Below are positions 1 to 12,959 of a DNA stretch of 64,000 bases, piece by piece (the stretch's first letter is position 1; every line of letters starts with the position of its first letter). Below the pieces are notes generated by a model that was not told the origin of the DNA, ran no database searches, and saw only the letters and a program-made list of their open reading frames with translations. The stretch spans positions 17,670,001-17,734,000 of the forward strand of contig NC_091995.1 in NCBI RefSeq assembly GCF_044704955.1, given 5' to 3'. The stretch is from Pristiophorus japonicus (taxonomy: Eukaryota). Both the position numbers and the translations under genes were made by a program.

Positions 1-1065
1 ATATCCAAAATTGGTTGAGAGGCAGGAAACAAAGGGTAAAGGTCGCTTGTTGTTTTCTTGAATGGAAGGCTGTTTCCATTGGGGTTCCGCAGGGCTCAGT
101 ACTAGGTCCGTTGCCTTTTGTGGTATATGTCAATGATTTAGACTTGAATGCCATGTAAGAAGTTTGCAGATTATACAAAAATTGGCCGTGTGATTGATAA
201 TGAAGAAGAAAGCTGTAGACTGCAGGAAGATATCAATGATCTGGTCAGATGGGTAGAATAGTGGCAAATGGAATACAATCAAGAGAGGTGTGATGTAATA
301 CATTTGGGGAGGGCTAACAACGCACGGTAATACAGAATAAATGGTAAGACACTGAGAAGTGAAGAGGAGAAAGGGTCCTTGGAGCGCATGTGCACAAATC
401 CCTGAAGGTAGCAGGACAGGTACATAAGGTGGTTAAGAAGGCATACGGAATACTTGCCTTTATTAGCTGAGGCATAGAATACAAGATCACAGAGGTTATA
501 CTTGAAATGTATAAAACACTAGTTAGGCCACAGCTAGAGTACTTTGTGCTGTTCTCGTCAGCATGTTACAGGAAAGATGTGATTGCACTAGGTCCAGAGC
601 ATATTTACGTGGATGTTGCCTGGAGTGGAGAAATTTAGCTATGATGAAAGATTGAATAAGCAGGGTTTGTTTTCTTTGGAATGTAGAACGCTGAGGGGAT
701 ACCTTATTGTGGTGCATAACATTATGAGGGGTCTAGATAGAGTGGATAGGAAGTGCCTATTTTACTTTGCAGGGAGGACAACACGTAGGCGGCATAGATA
801 TATAGTAATTGGTAGGAGGTTTAGAGCGGATTTGATGGAAAGTTTTGCACCCAGAAGTTTGTGGAGTCTGGCACTCACTGCCTGAAAGGGTGGTAGAGGC
901 AGAAACCCTCATCACATTTAAGAAGTACTTGGATATGGATATGAAGTGCACTACAAGGCTACGGACCAAGAGCTGGAAAGTGGAAATAGGCTGGATAGAT
1001 CATTTTTGGCCAGCAAAGACACGAAGGCCCATTGATCTCTTTCATTTCCTAAATTTCTATGATTC
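1..1065 (+). mobile_element. CR1 LINE 3' fragment (degenerate RT C-terminus + 3' UTR)
   Basis: Remnant FADYTK motif; LPGVEKFSYDERLNKQGLFSLE; SLPERVVEAETL. Confidence 0.85.
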
Positions 1066-2074
1066 GAAAAGAATGGAATACCCGCTCTTGGTGATCAAAC
1101 CTCCTTGCATTCTATTTTATTGAAGTACTTGATGTGTTTCCAATTGAACAATTTAACATCTTCCTTAATATGACCTGTAAATTATTGAACGTGAATCGAT
1201 AAGTTTGCTTTTGTTTTAATGTTTATTTGCACAATGTAAATTTAAGGTCCAGGCGTAACGTCTGAATTTTAGTCAGTTGCTGTGGATTTTCGACCGTTTA
1301 AGTCCTTCCTTGTCAAGACACTGACTTGAAAGGAGGATGCCGACACAAGTTGATGAATGGCCCTCGTAGCTTAAATTACGTGAGTGCAAGTAAGAAACAA
1401 CACCTTTGTGACCGAGCAGCTTTCTGACCTCCAACACCTGGGACTCCAGTTTTAGATGTTGAAGGCTGCTCGTTGTCTTTAACACACGACAATTGACTCA
1501 AGTACTTTTGCAGAATCTCATCCGGCTGAAGTTATGGGGCTACGTGCAGATTAGCACACCAGACATAAACTTTAGTAACTTGCAGATGAGCCACATTCTG
1601 CACAGAAAACACATCAATGAAGAAATATAAAAAACATGCAAGCTAATTCCCTCTTCAAAAAAATAACTTGATTTTGGTCATTTCGATTAGAGTGATCCAG
1701 GAAATTTTAGGGTGGCATGAAAAGTCTCAGGAAGCTAGTTACATAATTGACCCCCGGCCATCCTGCTGAAGTAATTATTCATGGTTTGTTTGTTGTTCCA
1801 CAGCTGGTGGGTCTCAGCTGCTCCGCAAGTGGCCATCTTCATCTCTGAGCCGGGACAATGATTGATGGGGTGCATTTCAACTAAGGCTAAGGACTCACCC
1901 CCCCCCAACCCCGTCACCCCCCGCCATCCCTGCCGAATGTTATGTACCTAACAATGGCAGCATATGAAAGGTTGGGCCTAGTGTTTAATTCTTACTCAAA
2001 TATCCGATTCCTTCGGCTGTATTTTGGTTCTGAACCTTTACTCCCCTGTGTCTCCGCGGAGGCATTTTGAGCAC

Positions 2075-2740
2075 CTAATTCCACCTCCGTAACATTGCCC
2101 GCCTCCGCCCCTGCCTCTGCTCTTCTGCTGCTGAAACCCTCATTCATGCCTTTCTTACCTCTCGACTTGACTACTCCAACTCATTCCTGGCCAGCCTTCC
2201 ACATTCCACACTACGTAAACTTGAAGTCATCCAAAGCTCAACAGCCCGTGTACTAACCCTCATCAATTCAAGTACATCCATCGCCTCTGTGCTTTCTGAC
2301 CTACATTGGCTCCCAGTTAAACAACTTCTCGATTTCAAAATTCTCATCCTTGTTTACAATTCACTCCATGGACTTGCCCTTTCCTATCGCTGAAATCTTT
2401 TTCAGCCTCACAATTCCACAAGATATCTGCACTCCTCAAATTCTGGCCTCTTGAACATCGATCATTATAATTACTCAACCTTCAGCTGCCTTGGCCCTAA
2501 ACTCTGGAATACCCTCCCTAAACCTCTATGCGTCTCTATCTCTCCTTTCTCTTGTAAGATGATTGTTAAAATCTACCTCTTTAAACAAGCTTTTGATCAT
2601 CTGCCTTAATTCCTTCAGTGGCTTGGTGTCAAATATATCTGTTTGTCTGCAACACTCTTGTGAAGCGCCTTGGGACGTTTTATTACGTTAAGGGCGCTAT
2701 ATAAATAAAAGTTATTGTAATAATAATTATTATTATTATT
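2075..2740 (+). mobile_element. L2-like LINE 3' fragment
   Basis: Encodes LIHAFLTSRLDYSNSFLA-type RT C-terminus and ends in a (TTA)n tail. Same family at 55290-56110 and 63200-63760. Confidence 0.7.
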
Positions 2741-3589
2741 TGAAGCCACTACATTACTTCCTACATGATGGAGGACGCTTACTGTATAGTCATTGGCCAA
2801 CTGGAAAAGGTGGGACCGGACCCTCGCTTCAAGAACAAAGTAACCCAAAACAGCCAAACGGCGCCCAGTTTAATATATATTGGTATTTTTCCGTTTGGGC
2901 TGAGAGTTCGTTTCATCAGACCAGAATTAACGCTGTTCATCACAAACAAAACTGTTTATGCTCTTGTTTGTGTTAATGCAAAGTAAAAATCAACACATAC
3001 GTGGCAATATGACTCTGAAGTTTCCTCGGGCAAAAACACCCTGATGTGTGAGATTCCACATAGGCAGCCGTCTCTCACTGCTTGGAGTTCTGAAAGAGTG
3101 CATTTCAAATTCAACTTGAAGAAAGAAAGATGGTTCATTTATATAGCGATTTTCAGGCTTCCTAAAATGCCTGCATTCCTTGCTCTTGTCCAAATAGAGC
3201 CAAGGCACATTTTATCTCTCAGTGAGATGGTTGAAGTGGCTTTGTATAGCTATAGCAAAACATCCTCCCTTTATATTCTAACTCTCTAGAAATAAAGGAT
3301 AACATTTCATTCGCCTTTTTGATTATTTTTTCACTGGTCACTACATTTTAGTGATCCGTGTACATGAAACCTTAACTATCTTTGGACATCAACTGTTACC
3401 TAGCTTCTCAGCTTTTTAAAAATATTTGTTTCCATGCAGTATTGGTCCAAATTATTATTTAACTGGAAAAACATCTGGGAAAATTCGTCTCCGATCCATC
3501 CAGGTCATCAAAACTAGTGTAGGAGCTCACCTCGGTCGCATTAAATGCACTGAACTACTTACCGTCGTATCTGCGCCAGCCAACAAGAG

Positions 3590-6500
3590 GTTATCCAGTC
3601 TCATCCCACTTACCAGCTCTAGGTCCGTAAACCTGCAGGTTATGGCACTTCAAGTGCGCATACAAGCACCTTTTAATTATGATGAGGGTTTCTGTCTCTA
3701 CCTCCTTTCCAGGCAGTGAGTTACAGATCTACATAACCCTCTGCGTGAAGAAACTTCGCCTCAAATCCCCTCTTTACATACCACCAACAACATTAAACCT
3801 ATGCCCCTCGCTATTGACCCCTGCACCAAGGGAAATAGGGCCCTGCTATCCATTATAACCAGGCCCCTCAAAATTGTATACACCTCAATTTGGTCTCACC
3901 TCAGCCTCCTCTGTTCCAAGGAGAACAAACGCAGCCTATCAAATCTGGCGTCATAGTTAAGATTGTCTATTCCAGGCAGCATCCTCGTAAATCTCCTCTG
4001 GACCCTCTCCAGTGCAATTATGTCCTTTGTATAATACGGCGACCAGAACTGCACGCAGTATTCCAGTTGTGGCCTAACCAGTGTATAATACATTTTAACC
4101 ATAATCTCCCTGCTCTTGTATTCTCTACGTCGACCAATAAAGGCACCACCTGGCCTGCTACTTTCAGCGATTTGTGGACAGGCACTCCAAAGTCCCCTTG
4201 TTCATCTACACTGCTAAGCGGCGTACCATTTAATGAGTATCCCCTTTCCTTATGAGTGCTCCCCAAGTGCATTACCTCATACTTCTCTGAATTAAATTCC
4301 ATTTGCCACCGCTCTGCCTACCTGACCAGTAGATGTATCTCCTCTTGCAGTCCACGTCTTTCCTCTTCATTATCAACCACACATCAACATTTAGTGTCAT
4401 CTGCAAACTTCTTAATCATACCACCTGTATTCAAATCTAGATCATTGATTTATACCACAAAAAGCAAATAACCTATTACTTAGCTATGTGGAACTCCACT
4501 GCAAACATCCTTCCAGCCAAAAAACATCCATCAACCCTTTGTTTCCTACCTCTAAGCCAATTTTGGATCCAACTTGATGCCTTGGCCTGGATCCCATCGG
4601 ATGTTATCTTCGTGACCAGTCTGCCATGTGGGACCTTATCAAAAGCTTTGCTAAAGTCCATGTGAACTACATCGTATGCACTACCCTCATCGACCTCCTC
4701 GAAAAATTCAATGATATTATTCAAACACGATCGTCCCTTAACAAATCCGTGCTGACTGTCCCTGATTAATACTTGCCTTTCGAAATGTAAATCTATCCTT
4801 TCCGTCAGGAATTTTTCCAATAATTTTCCCACCACTGAGATTTGGCTGACAAGCCTGTAAAAACGCGGTCTATTCCTTTCTTACTTCTTATACAAGGGTG
4901 CCACATTAGCTGTCCTCGAGCCCTCGGGCATCTTGTCTGAATCCAAAGGAGGACTGGAAAATGATGGTCAAGGCCTCTGCTATTTCCTCTTTTGCTTCGC
5001 TCAACAGACTGGGATGCATTTCATCCGAGCCTGGGAAATTATCCACTATTAAAACTGCCGTATCTGCAAAGCCGCTTTCCTTTGTGAAAACAGACACAAC
5101 GCATTCATTAAGAACCGTACCCACATCTTCTACCTCCACACACAAATTAACCTCATGGTCTCTAATAGGCCCTACCCGTTCTTTAGCTATCCCCTTGCTC
5201 TTAATTTATTTATACAACATATTTGTGTTTTCCTTGATTTTACTTGGCAATTAGTTAAAGCTCTCTCTTAGCTTTCCTCATATCCTTTTTAATTTCACCT
5301 GTGAACTTTCTGTATTCCTGCAGAGATTCTACAGTATTTAGCCTTCGGTATAGGACATAAGCTTCCATTTTTTCCCTCTCCTGTAAGTCCCTAGACATCC
5401 AGGGGTCTAGAATTATTATTCCCAGCCTTTTTTATTAATGGCTAATGTTTGCCCTGCCCTCTGGACCTGCTCCTTGAATGCTTCCCACTGTTCTGACACT
5501 GATTTCCCGCCAAGTAGCTGTTTCCAGTTCACTGTGGCCAAATCACTTCTCAACTTAGCAAAATTTGCTTTTCCCAAATGTGGGACATTTATTCCTGGTC
5601 TGTCCATGTCCTTATCCATAACTACCTTGAATCTGACTGATTTATGGTCACTGGCACCCAAATGATATCCCACTGATCCCCCTTTTACCTGCCCAGCTTC
5701 ATTCCCTAAGACTAAATCCAGAACCGTCCTCTGCCGTGTTGGGCTTGTTAGATACTGTCTAAAAAAGTTCTCTTGAAAGAGTTTTACGAATTCCGCACCT
5801 TCGATACCCTCTATACCCTTCACACTATATTTGTCCTTATCAATATTAGCATAATTGAAATCACCTACTATTAATGCCCTATGGAATTTTGGACTTCACA
5901 GAAATTTGCCTACATATTTGTTCTTCCATCTCCCTCCCACCGATTGCGGGTCTATAATACATGCCCAGCAGTGTGATCGCGTGTTGTTTATTTCGCAGTT
6001 TGACGCATATGGCCTCAATTGCTGATCCCTCTAACATATCATCCCTCCTCACAGCTGTGATAGTTAATTTAATCAATAAGGCCCCCTTTTTTTACACCCC
6101 TCTCTGTCCTGTCTAAAAATCCTATAACCAGAATATTAAGCTGCTAACCATGCCCCTCTTTCAGCCATGTCTCTGTAATGCCTATAATGTCATAATCCCA
6201 AGTGTCTACCTGTGATCTCAGCTCATCCGCCTTATTCGCAATACTCCTTGCATTGAAGTATATGCCAGTTGGCATAGGAAGCCCTCCATCATTACTACTT
6301 ACGAACTCTTGTTTCCTCTGTATTTCAGATTCATTTCAACATTCCTGCTTTCCAATTTCAGCTTTACTTCCTTCGTTATTGATATTGATCTCACGTTCCT
6401 ATTCCCCTGCCAAGCTATTTTAACTCTCCCCAACAGCACTAGCAAACCCCCCTGCGATGATATTAGTCCTGGCGCTGTTGAGGTGCAACCCATCTGTTTT

Positions 6501-7000
6501 GTACAGGTCTCATCTCCCCCAGAAGCAGTCACAATGCCTCAGGATTTTAAATCCCTCCCTCCTGCACCAACGCTCCGGCCAAACGTTTATCCTCTCTATC
6601 CTTCTATTCTTGCACTCATTAGCACCTGGCACCGGTAGAAACCCAGAGTTTATTACCTTTGACGTCCTACCCTTTAATTTTTCTCTTCGCTCATTAAATT
6701 CTGCCTGCAGGACCTGATCCCTCTTTCTCCTTATGTCATTGATCCTGATATGGACCACGACTGTTCATACCCTCCCTCCAGAATGCCCTGCGTCAGCTCT
6801 GTGACATCCTTGAACCTGACAATAGGGAGGCACCATACCATCCTGGAGTCACCACCAAGGCCCCAGAAACGTCTCTCTGCTCCCCCAATGTTTGAATCCC
6901 CTACGACTACCGCTCTTTCATTTTTTTCCCTCCCGCCTGTGCAGCTGAACCACCCGTGGTGCCTTGGACTTGGCTCTGCCTGCACTACCCAGAAGCACCA
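3590..7000 (-). mobile_element. Near full-length degenerate CR1 LINE (ORF1 esterase, endonuclease, RT)
   Basis: ORF fragments VVVGDSNI, VHIRIND, LDLVLGNE, SQHGFVKGRSC, DFSKAFDKVPH, LVRPQLEYCVQFW. Confidence 0.9.
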
Positions 7001-7069
7001 TCGCCTCACCGTTGCTCAGAAAAGAATATTAATTGGAAAGCGAGATGGACTCAGGAGGGAATCCTGCAC

Positions 7070-7290
7070 GTGGGAAATGTGGCAGCCAATCTGCGTACAG
7101 CAAGCTCCCACAAACAGCAATGTGATAATGGAGAAGTATTCTGTTTTTGTTATGTTGATTAAGGGATAAATATGAGCCAGAACACAGGGTATAACCCCTC
7201 TCCTCTCCTTCGAAATTGCATCATGGGATCTTTTCCATCCACCTGAAGGGCCTTGGTTTAATGTCTCATTCAAAAGATGGCACCTCCGAC
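7070..7290 (-). mobile_element. DeuSINE/SacSINE1-like SINE fragment
   Basis: Core motif CACATTGCTGTTTGTGGGAGCTTGCTGT on the minus strand. Confidence 0.65.
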
Positions 7291-9326
7291 AGTTTACCTC
7301 GACTACGGTTGTCGATCTGGGAGTGTTGGTCTATGACTCCCCCTTAGAAATTAACTGGATGCGCTACCGTCCATGTCAAGGCAAATTGCATAAAGTCTGG
7401 GGGCAAATAGCTTTAATAAGCTAAATGCTTTGTTTCTCTGTATGTGTTTTTTTACATCCATAAATCATAAACTATAGAAAAGTCAGATTATTTATCTGTA
7501 ATATACGAAAGATCCGCAGATCATATAACTCAAATTTTAAAACTAGTATTATTAAGCATTTTATTGAAGTGCGAGGCAAAACTCAGAGCACCATGCCAGT
7601 GAAACATTAGAGCCCCCATCAGGCTGCTCGGGGGGCACCGTCAAGTGATACATCAGCGGTGGCTCCATGCCAAGAGCCAGGCGCCATGATTCGAAAGGCG
7701 ACCTCAGTCTCATGACCTCTCTGTACAGCATGAGCAGTGAGCCATCTCTTGCTATCCTGGCCTTAAGCTGGCACTTAGCGGAAGCACTAGAACATGAGAT
7801 AGAAAGACATGTTGTAGATAGCAAGAGGGAACATGGTGGTCGGAAGAAGAGGGTGAATGCTTGGTTGCACTTCGACATTATTATATTAAAGTACAATGTG
7901 AACCTACCTTGTGATTTTTCACTGATGGAGATTACAGTCTTACAGGAAAGTGAGTGTTCATTTGATGCTGATTTATTAACTCAGATGATGACTATTCGCA
8001 ACGTTATGTCCGGGAAAAGAGGGATCTTGTGTTTTCAAGTGGTAGGTTAGGTAGTAATTTCATTCAAGAACTGTTTTTTGGCAAGCGCTTTATAGCCAAT
8101 CAAGTACTTTTCAAGTGTAGTCACTGTTGTGATTCAGAATCCAATAATTATTAAACAAAGTTTAAGGACGATTCCAAAAGATCTTGAAGACCTCACTTCC
8201 GCCTGGACCAGGACAAAACAGCAATCTCGAGTCCGCAGCACCATTGGCTAACAGGCTCTCGTATGCAAATATTACACGGGGCCTGGCGATCAGACCGCCG
8301 GATGGGTCAAAAAGTTTGCGGAAGCTTGGGGGGCGGTGGATTATTTAAAGACGCAGCAGGAGTTGAAATTGCGTCTAACCGATTTTCCTTGTTAGAAATC
8401 AATTCTGCATCGCTAGGATAGAGCGAGAAAATTCACCCCTCAATACATTTTATGTAGCAATTCCCCAAGCCTTTCCTTTTTTTAACTGAGACAACCAGTC
8501 CCGAAATTGTTGGTGCCAAAAAGCCAGTTGTTTGGTCATTTGCTGCACAGAGGACGTTTGGAAGGTCCAGATTTATGTTGCTCAAGGTCAATATACGCTC
8601 TGAACATTTTTCATGATCCTTCTATCTCCAGGCCAAGCCCCTGAACCTCGGTTAGGTATGCTCAAAGGCATAACGTGAATCGGTATACATTTGAATATGT
8701 CAAACGAATTTTTTATGGAGACGCTGATGTGCATTAAAAAGATTAACTTCATTGGTACTTATTTATATTTATAATTAACTTACTGCTACTGCTGTAGTCC
8801 CTTGCATTTAATCATGCATTCATAGATCCTCGCATTGACACCTCAAACACTGGAAACACCCTGCTCCTATCTAATCCATCACCATAATTTTAAACATTTC
8901 TGTTATATCGCCCTGGAATATGTGTTGATCATGAGAAGGGTGAGTCGTAACAGAAAGGGGACAAAGTCAGAATGACCCTTAGAGTGAGCAACCTTCTATT
9001 CTGTTCAGGAATGCAACGTCCTGTTTGACCTCCTGTATTCCTAACCTGTTACACTACCCAACTAGCTGTCTCGGTGATTGTTAGTTTTAAACCACATACA
9101 CATTTACACTCTTTGCTGCACCTATTGCAAGCATTGTCCCTGGGTCATCCACAGTGGGGAGAAAAACTGCAAGAACATCGGGAGAGCAGCCCTTCCTTCC
9201 CACGGCAAGGTGCAAGCTTTGCTCTGTAAACTTTACTGTTCAAATAGTTAATTCCCTTCAGGCTTTGTTCAAGGTTGACTTGGATGAGCTTTATTTCCCT
9301 TTTGACTATTCAATAGTGACTAATTT

Positions 9327-9765
9327 CAACGCGGCCGACCTGCATAATCAATGACATCACAATGACTATGGACAACGCGGCCCACTTTCATCATTGATGA
9401 CATCACAATGACCATGGACAATGCGGCTGACCTGCATAATTGAAGACATCACAAATACTATGGATAACGCGGCTGACCTGCATTATTGATGACATCACAA
9501 TGACTATGGATAACTCGGCTGACCTGTATCAGTGATGACATCACAATGACTTTTGACATCACAACACAGCCCTGTATCATCGATGACATCTCAATGAATG
9601 CGGACAATATGGCCAACCTGCAGCATTAATGAAATCACAATGACTATAGACAAAGTTGCTGAACAGCATCATCAGTGGCATCAAAATAACTGTGCACAAT
9701 GCAGCCGACCTGTATTATCGGTGACATCACAATCACTTTTGGCACCACAACACAGCCCTGCATCA
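9327..9765. repeat. 46-bp minisatellite, about 9 degenerate copies
   Basis: Unit CAACGCGGCCGACCTGCATAATCAATGACATCACAATGACTATGGA starts at 9327, 9373, 9419, 9465 and 9511, and continues more diverged. Confidence 0.9.
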
Positions 9766-9958
9766 TAGAAAAACATAGAAACATAGAAAATAGGTGCAGG
9801 AGTAGGCCATTCGGCCCTTCGAGCCTGCACCGCCATTCAATGAGTTCATGGCTGAACATGCAACCTCAGTACCCCATTCATGCTTTCTCGCCATACCCCT
9901 TGATCCCCCTAGTAGCAAGGACCATATCTAACTCCTTTTTGAATATATTTAGTGAATT
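9765..9958 (-). mobile_element. CR1 3' end with (CATAGAAA)n tail
   Basis: Nearly identical to the 3' ends at 25995 and 47865. Confidence 0.85.
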
Positions 9959-10388
9959 ATCTAGTGTAGGTACGCAACTTTGCATTAATCGGGCTCAGTT
10001 TTGGCCTTTGTGCTTTATTGCCGCACAGTTTCTCGAAAGCCTTCTGGCTCATGATTGACTGATTCGCACCTGTGTCCAACTCCATGGATACTGGAATTCC
10101 ATTTAATTTGACTTTCAGCATTAAAGGAGGGCTCTTGGTGGTGAAGGTATGTACCCCATACACTTCTTCCTCGGGTTGAGTTGCCAGTGCTGCGTGATCC
10201 ACGGCAGATCGATCATCGTCTGCCACGTGGTATGTCACAGTACGTTTGCACATACGCTGGAGGTGCACCATCGTTGCACAGTTTCTGCACATGTAGTGCT
10301 TGAATCGACATTGATGGTTACTCCCGCAGCGCCAACACGGTGCTAATGGATTCACATTCACCCCCGCTGGTGGACTCTGAGTCATCAC
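9957..10388 (-). mobile_element. Ty3/Gypsy LTR retrotransposon gag-protease fragment
   Basis: Zinc knuckles CWRCGSNH and [14 protein letters not shown]; aspartic protease motif MELDTGA; [12 protein letters not shown]. Confidence 0.85.
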
Positions 10389-10397
10389 AGGTCTTGA

Positions 10398-10510
10398 TGT
10401 AAGTGGTTCCTGGATTTGGTCTCGCGGTTTAAGTGGTCCTTGGATTTCATCTCAGGATGTAAGTGGTCCCAGGATTTGGTCTCTCGGTGTAAGTGATCCC
10501 AGGTTTGGTG
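10398..10510. repeat. 30-bp tandem repeat, 4 copies
   Basis: AAGTGG/AAGTGA recurs at 10401, 10431, 10461 and 10491; unit about TGTAAGTGGTCCCAGGATTTGGTCTCTCGG. Confidence 0.85.
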
Positions 10511-10565
10511 TCATAGAGGCATCTTGCTGTCATCACCTCCTCATCCCAGTCCACTTCACACAACC

Positions 10566-10638
10566 ATGTTTTTTTTTCCAAGTTCTTTCTCCAGCCTTGC
10601 TGTTTTGCTCCTTTTAATGATGTGGGGGGTGCAGGCTG
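10566..10638 (+). CDS. Orphan signal-peptide (leader) exon candidate
   Basis: accATG, MFFFPSSFSSLAVLLLLMMWGVQA, then G|gtaagg (phase 1) followed by a polypyrimidine tract. No downstream partner exon was identified. Confidence 0.4.
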
Positions 10639-11639
10639 GTAAGGTGGTATTCTTCCCGTCGAACTCTCTCTGCTTTTCTGTTTCCCTGCTTCACCTTTTG
10701 CGATCAGATTTATTTCATTTATAATAATTTTAACTGAAGTACGAAGGAGAGCGGCGTTCTGCTGCAGAGACGCTAAATGCGGTTGAAGGACAGGCTGGAG
10801 CCAGGCAGCAAAGACCAACAGCAAAAGCGTGAATGGCGGAGAGAGACTGGGCAGGGGGAAGGCTATGATTGGAGAATCAGCAAGCACGTGGGATGTTGAA
10901 ATGCGTGGAACTCATCGGCACGTGACACGAAGAGGCTGGAGGAACCCGGAGAAGTTTGCGGGCCAGATAAACTGGAGGACAGGAGACTGTGATGTGACTA
11001 CGAGTACACGCAACTATCACTAACAGTAATTTCCAATCTGTAACCTTAATACGCCTGATGCCATTGCTTGTGATTTGTGATGAGCACCTACAAAGCTAAA
11101 TGTAGTTAAATGTATCCCACTTATTTTACTGATGTATATACAGGAAAAAACAAGCATAATGGGCCGAATGGCCTTTAATTCTTCCTAGTCTCATTCACTA
11201 GGAGGAATTAAAGGAATGATGGAGGTGTTGATATTCACGAGTCCAACTGAATTTGTGGCAGACTTTTTGCAGGAAAGGGGCAATGGCAGCAAGTTGAAAT
11301 CCGCTCTCATTTACTTGCCCCGGGCTGAATTCATTCACAGATGAAAATCACCTCAATCTACTAGCTATGAAATACCTTCCTCCACAGCCCACCCACCTCC
11401 AACTCCTTCCTGAAAAATGCTGAATACAGTCTATTGCAGTTCCTAATGGATATGTTTCCACAGCACAGATCTTCACCATTGATTGTTACAAAAGTGGAAA
11501 TCTCCTCTAATCGGTAAACCCTTACTTCCGGGGCAAAGGTTTGTGGCTCAAGTCCCACTCCAGGAATTGAGCACGTAAAATAGGCTAATGTTCCAGTGCA
11601 ATACTGGGGGGTGCAAGGTTTTGATGGGAGCACCTACAT

Positions 11640-12260
11640 TTTTTTCTTGAACGGTGGAGGCCTTGTAGTGAAGGAACTACCACAGTGCTGTTAGGGAGGG
11701 AACTCCACGATTTTGACCGAGTGACTATGAAGTAAGGGCCGATACATTTCCAATCAGGATGGTGTTTAACAGGAAGGAGGGGAACTTTGAGGTAATGGTG
11801 TTCCCATGTGTCTGCTGTCCTTGTCCTTCTAGCTGGTAGAAATCTCGGGAGTGGGAGGTGCGGCAGAAGCCTTGGTGAGTTGCTACGGTGCATCTTGCAG
11901 ATAGTACGCACTGCAGCCACGGTACGCTGGTGGTGGAGGGAGTGAATATTGAACGTGGTGGATGGGATGCCAATCAAGCGGGCTGCTTTGTCCTGGATGG
12001 CGTCGAGTATCTTGAATGTTGTTGGAGCTTTACTCATCCAGGTATCTCATCACACTCCTGAGTTGTGCCTTGTGGATGGTGTAATGGCTTTGGGGAGTCA
12101 GGATGTGAGACGCTCGCCACAGAATATCCAGCCTCTGACCTGCTCTTGTTGCCAAGATATTTATGTGGCTGGATCCAATTAAGTTTCTGGGCAATGATTA
12201 CCCCAGGATTTTGACAGTGGGGGATTCAGCAATGGTAATGCCTTTGAATATGAAGAACAG
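11640..12260 (-). mobile_element. Non-LTR retrotransposon 3' fragment
   Basis: LDAIQDKAARLIG...HSLHHQRTVAAV...WSSLP. Related pieces at 16570-16680, 28200-28500 and 30780-31070. Confidence 0.7.
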
Positions 12261-12959
12261 CTATCCAGTTAGTCCCACTCCCCGCTCTTTCCCAATATCC
12301 CTACAATTTTTTGACCTTCAACTATTGATCCATTTCCATTTTGAATCTAACTATTGACTATGTCTACATAGATGAAGCACCACAAACTTGTGTGTCTTTT
12401 TCAGCTCGCCGTTGGTCATGGTTTTCTGTGATCCTCAAGAATCCAGCAATATACACTCACGTTGTTGAATTTTACTTCACAGTATTTGTTAATGAGAGCA
12501 GCAATTAAAATAAAAAATGCTGCAGCTAAGTGAGAAATCACATTGCATTTAATGTGATTTCACTGTTTGTGGGAATAACTTTGGTCCCTCCTGTACTCTC
12601 TTTCACTCTCTCGTACACACACACACACACAGATAAACCCAAATCAGATTTTACACATTTATTTTTGACAAGAGCAGTTTTAACCTAACCCACCCACTGG
12701 AAAACTGAGTGTCAGATACAATGCTGATTTTACACCCCGGCACGATTTTAGTCCTTGGAGTTACGCCCTTTCCTGTGGAATCCCTGTCCAACGAATTAGA
12801 TACAATGAACCACATTTGACGAATACTATTTTTTCCCTGCAATGGCGTTTTGAATTCAGATTATCCCTTTAAACACTCATTCGTGATTTCTTTCCCACTA
12901 ATGTGTCCTCTTCTTTTGGACACGTTAAAGTAGACAGATATAAGTCGATCAGCTTAGCA

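Noticed and set aside
1270-1600. Possible minus-strand terminal exon in unique sequence
   Set aside because: Stops occur in all frames after the best acceptor and no domain is recognisable.
7561-7896. Overlapping 111-aa and 127-aa ORFs
   Set aside because: No recognisable family and no consistent splice structure.
9150-9177. CACAGTG + 12 bp + GCAAGAACA (cryptic 12-RSS)
   Set aside because: No V or D coding flank and no partner RSS; expected by chance.
9327-9765. CRISPR-like array
   Set aside because: Units are contiguous degenerate repeats without unique spacers, in a eukaryotic context with no cas genes.
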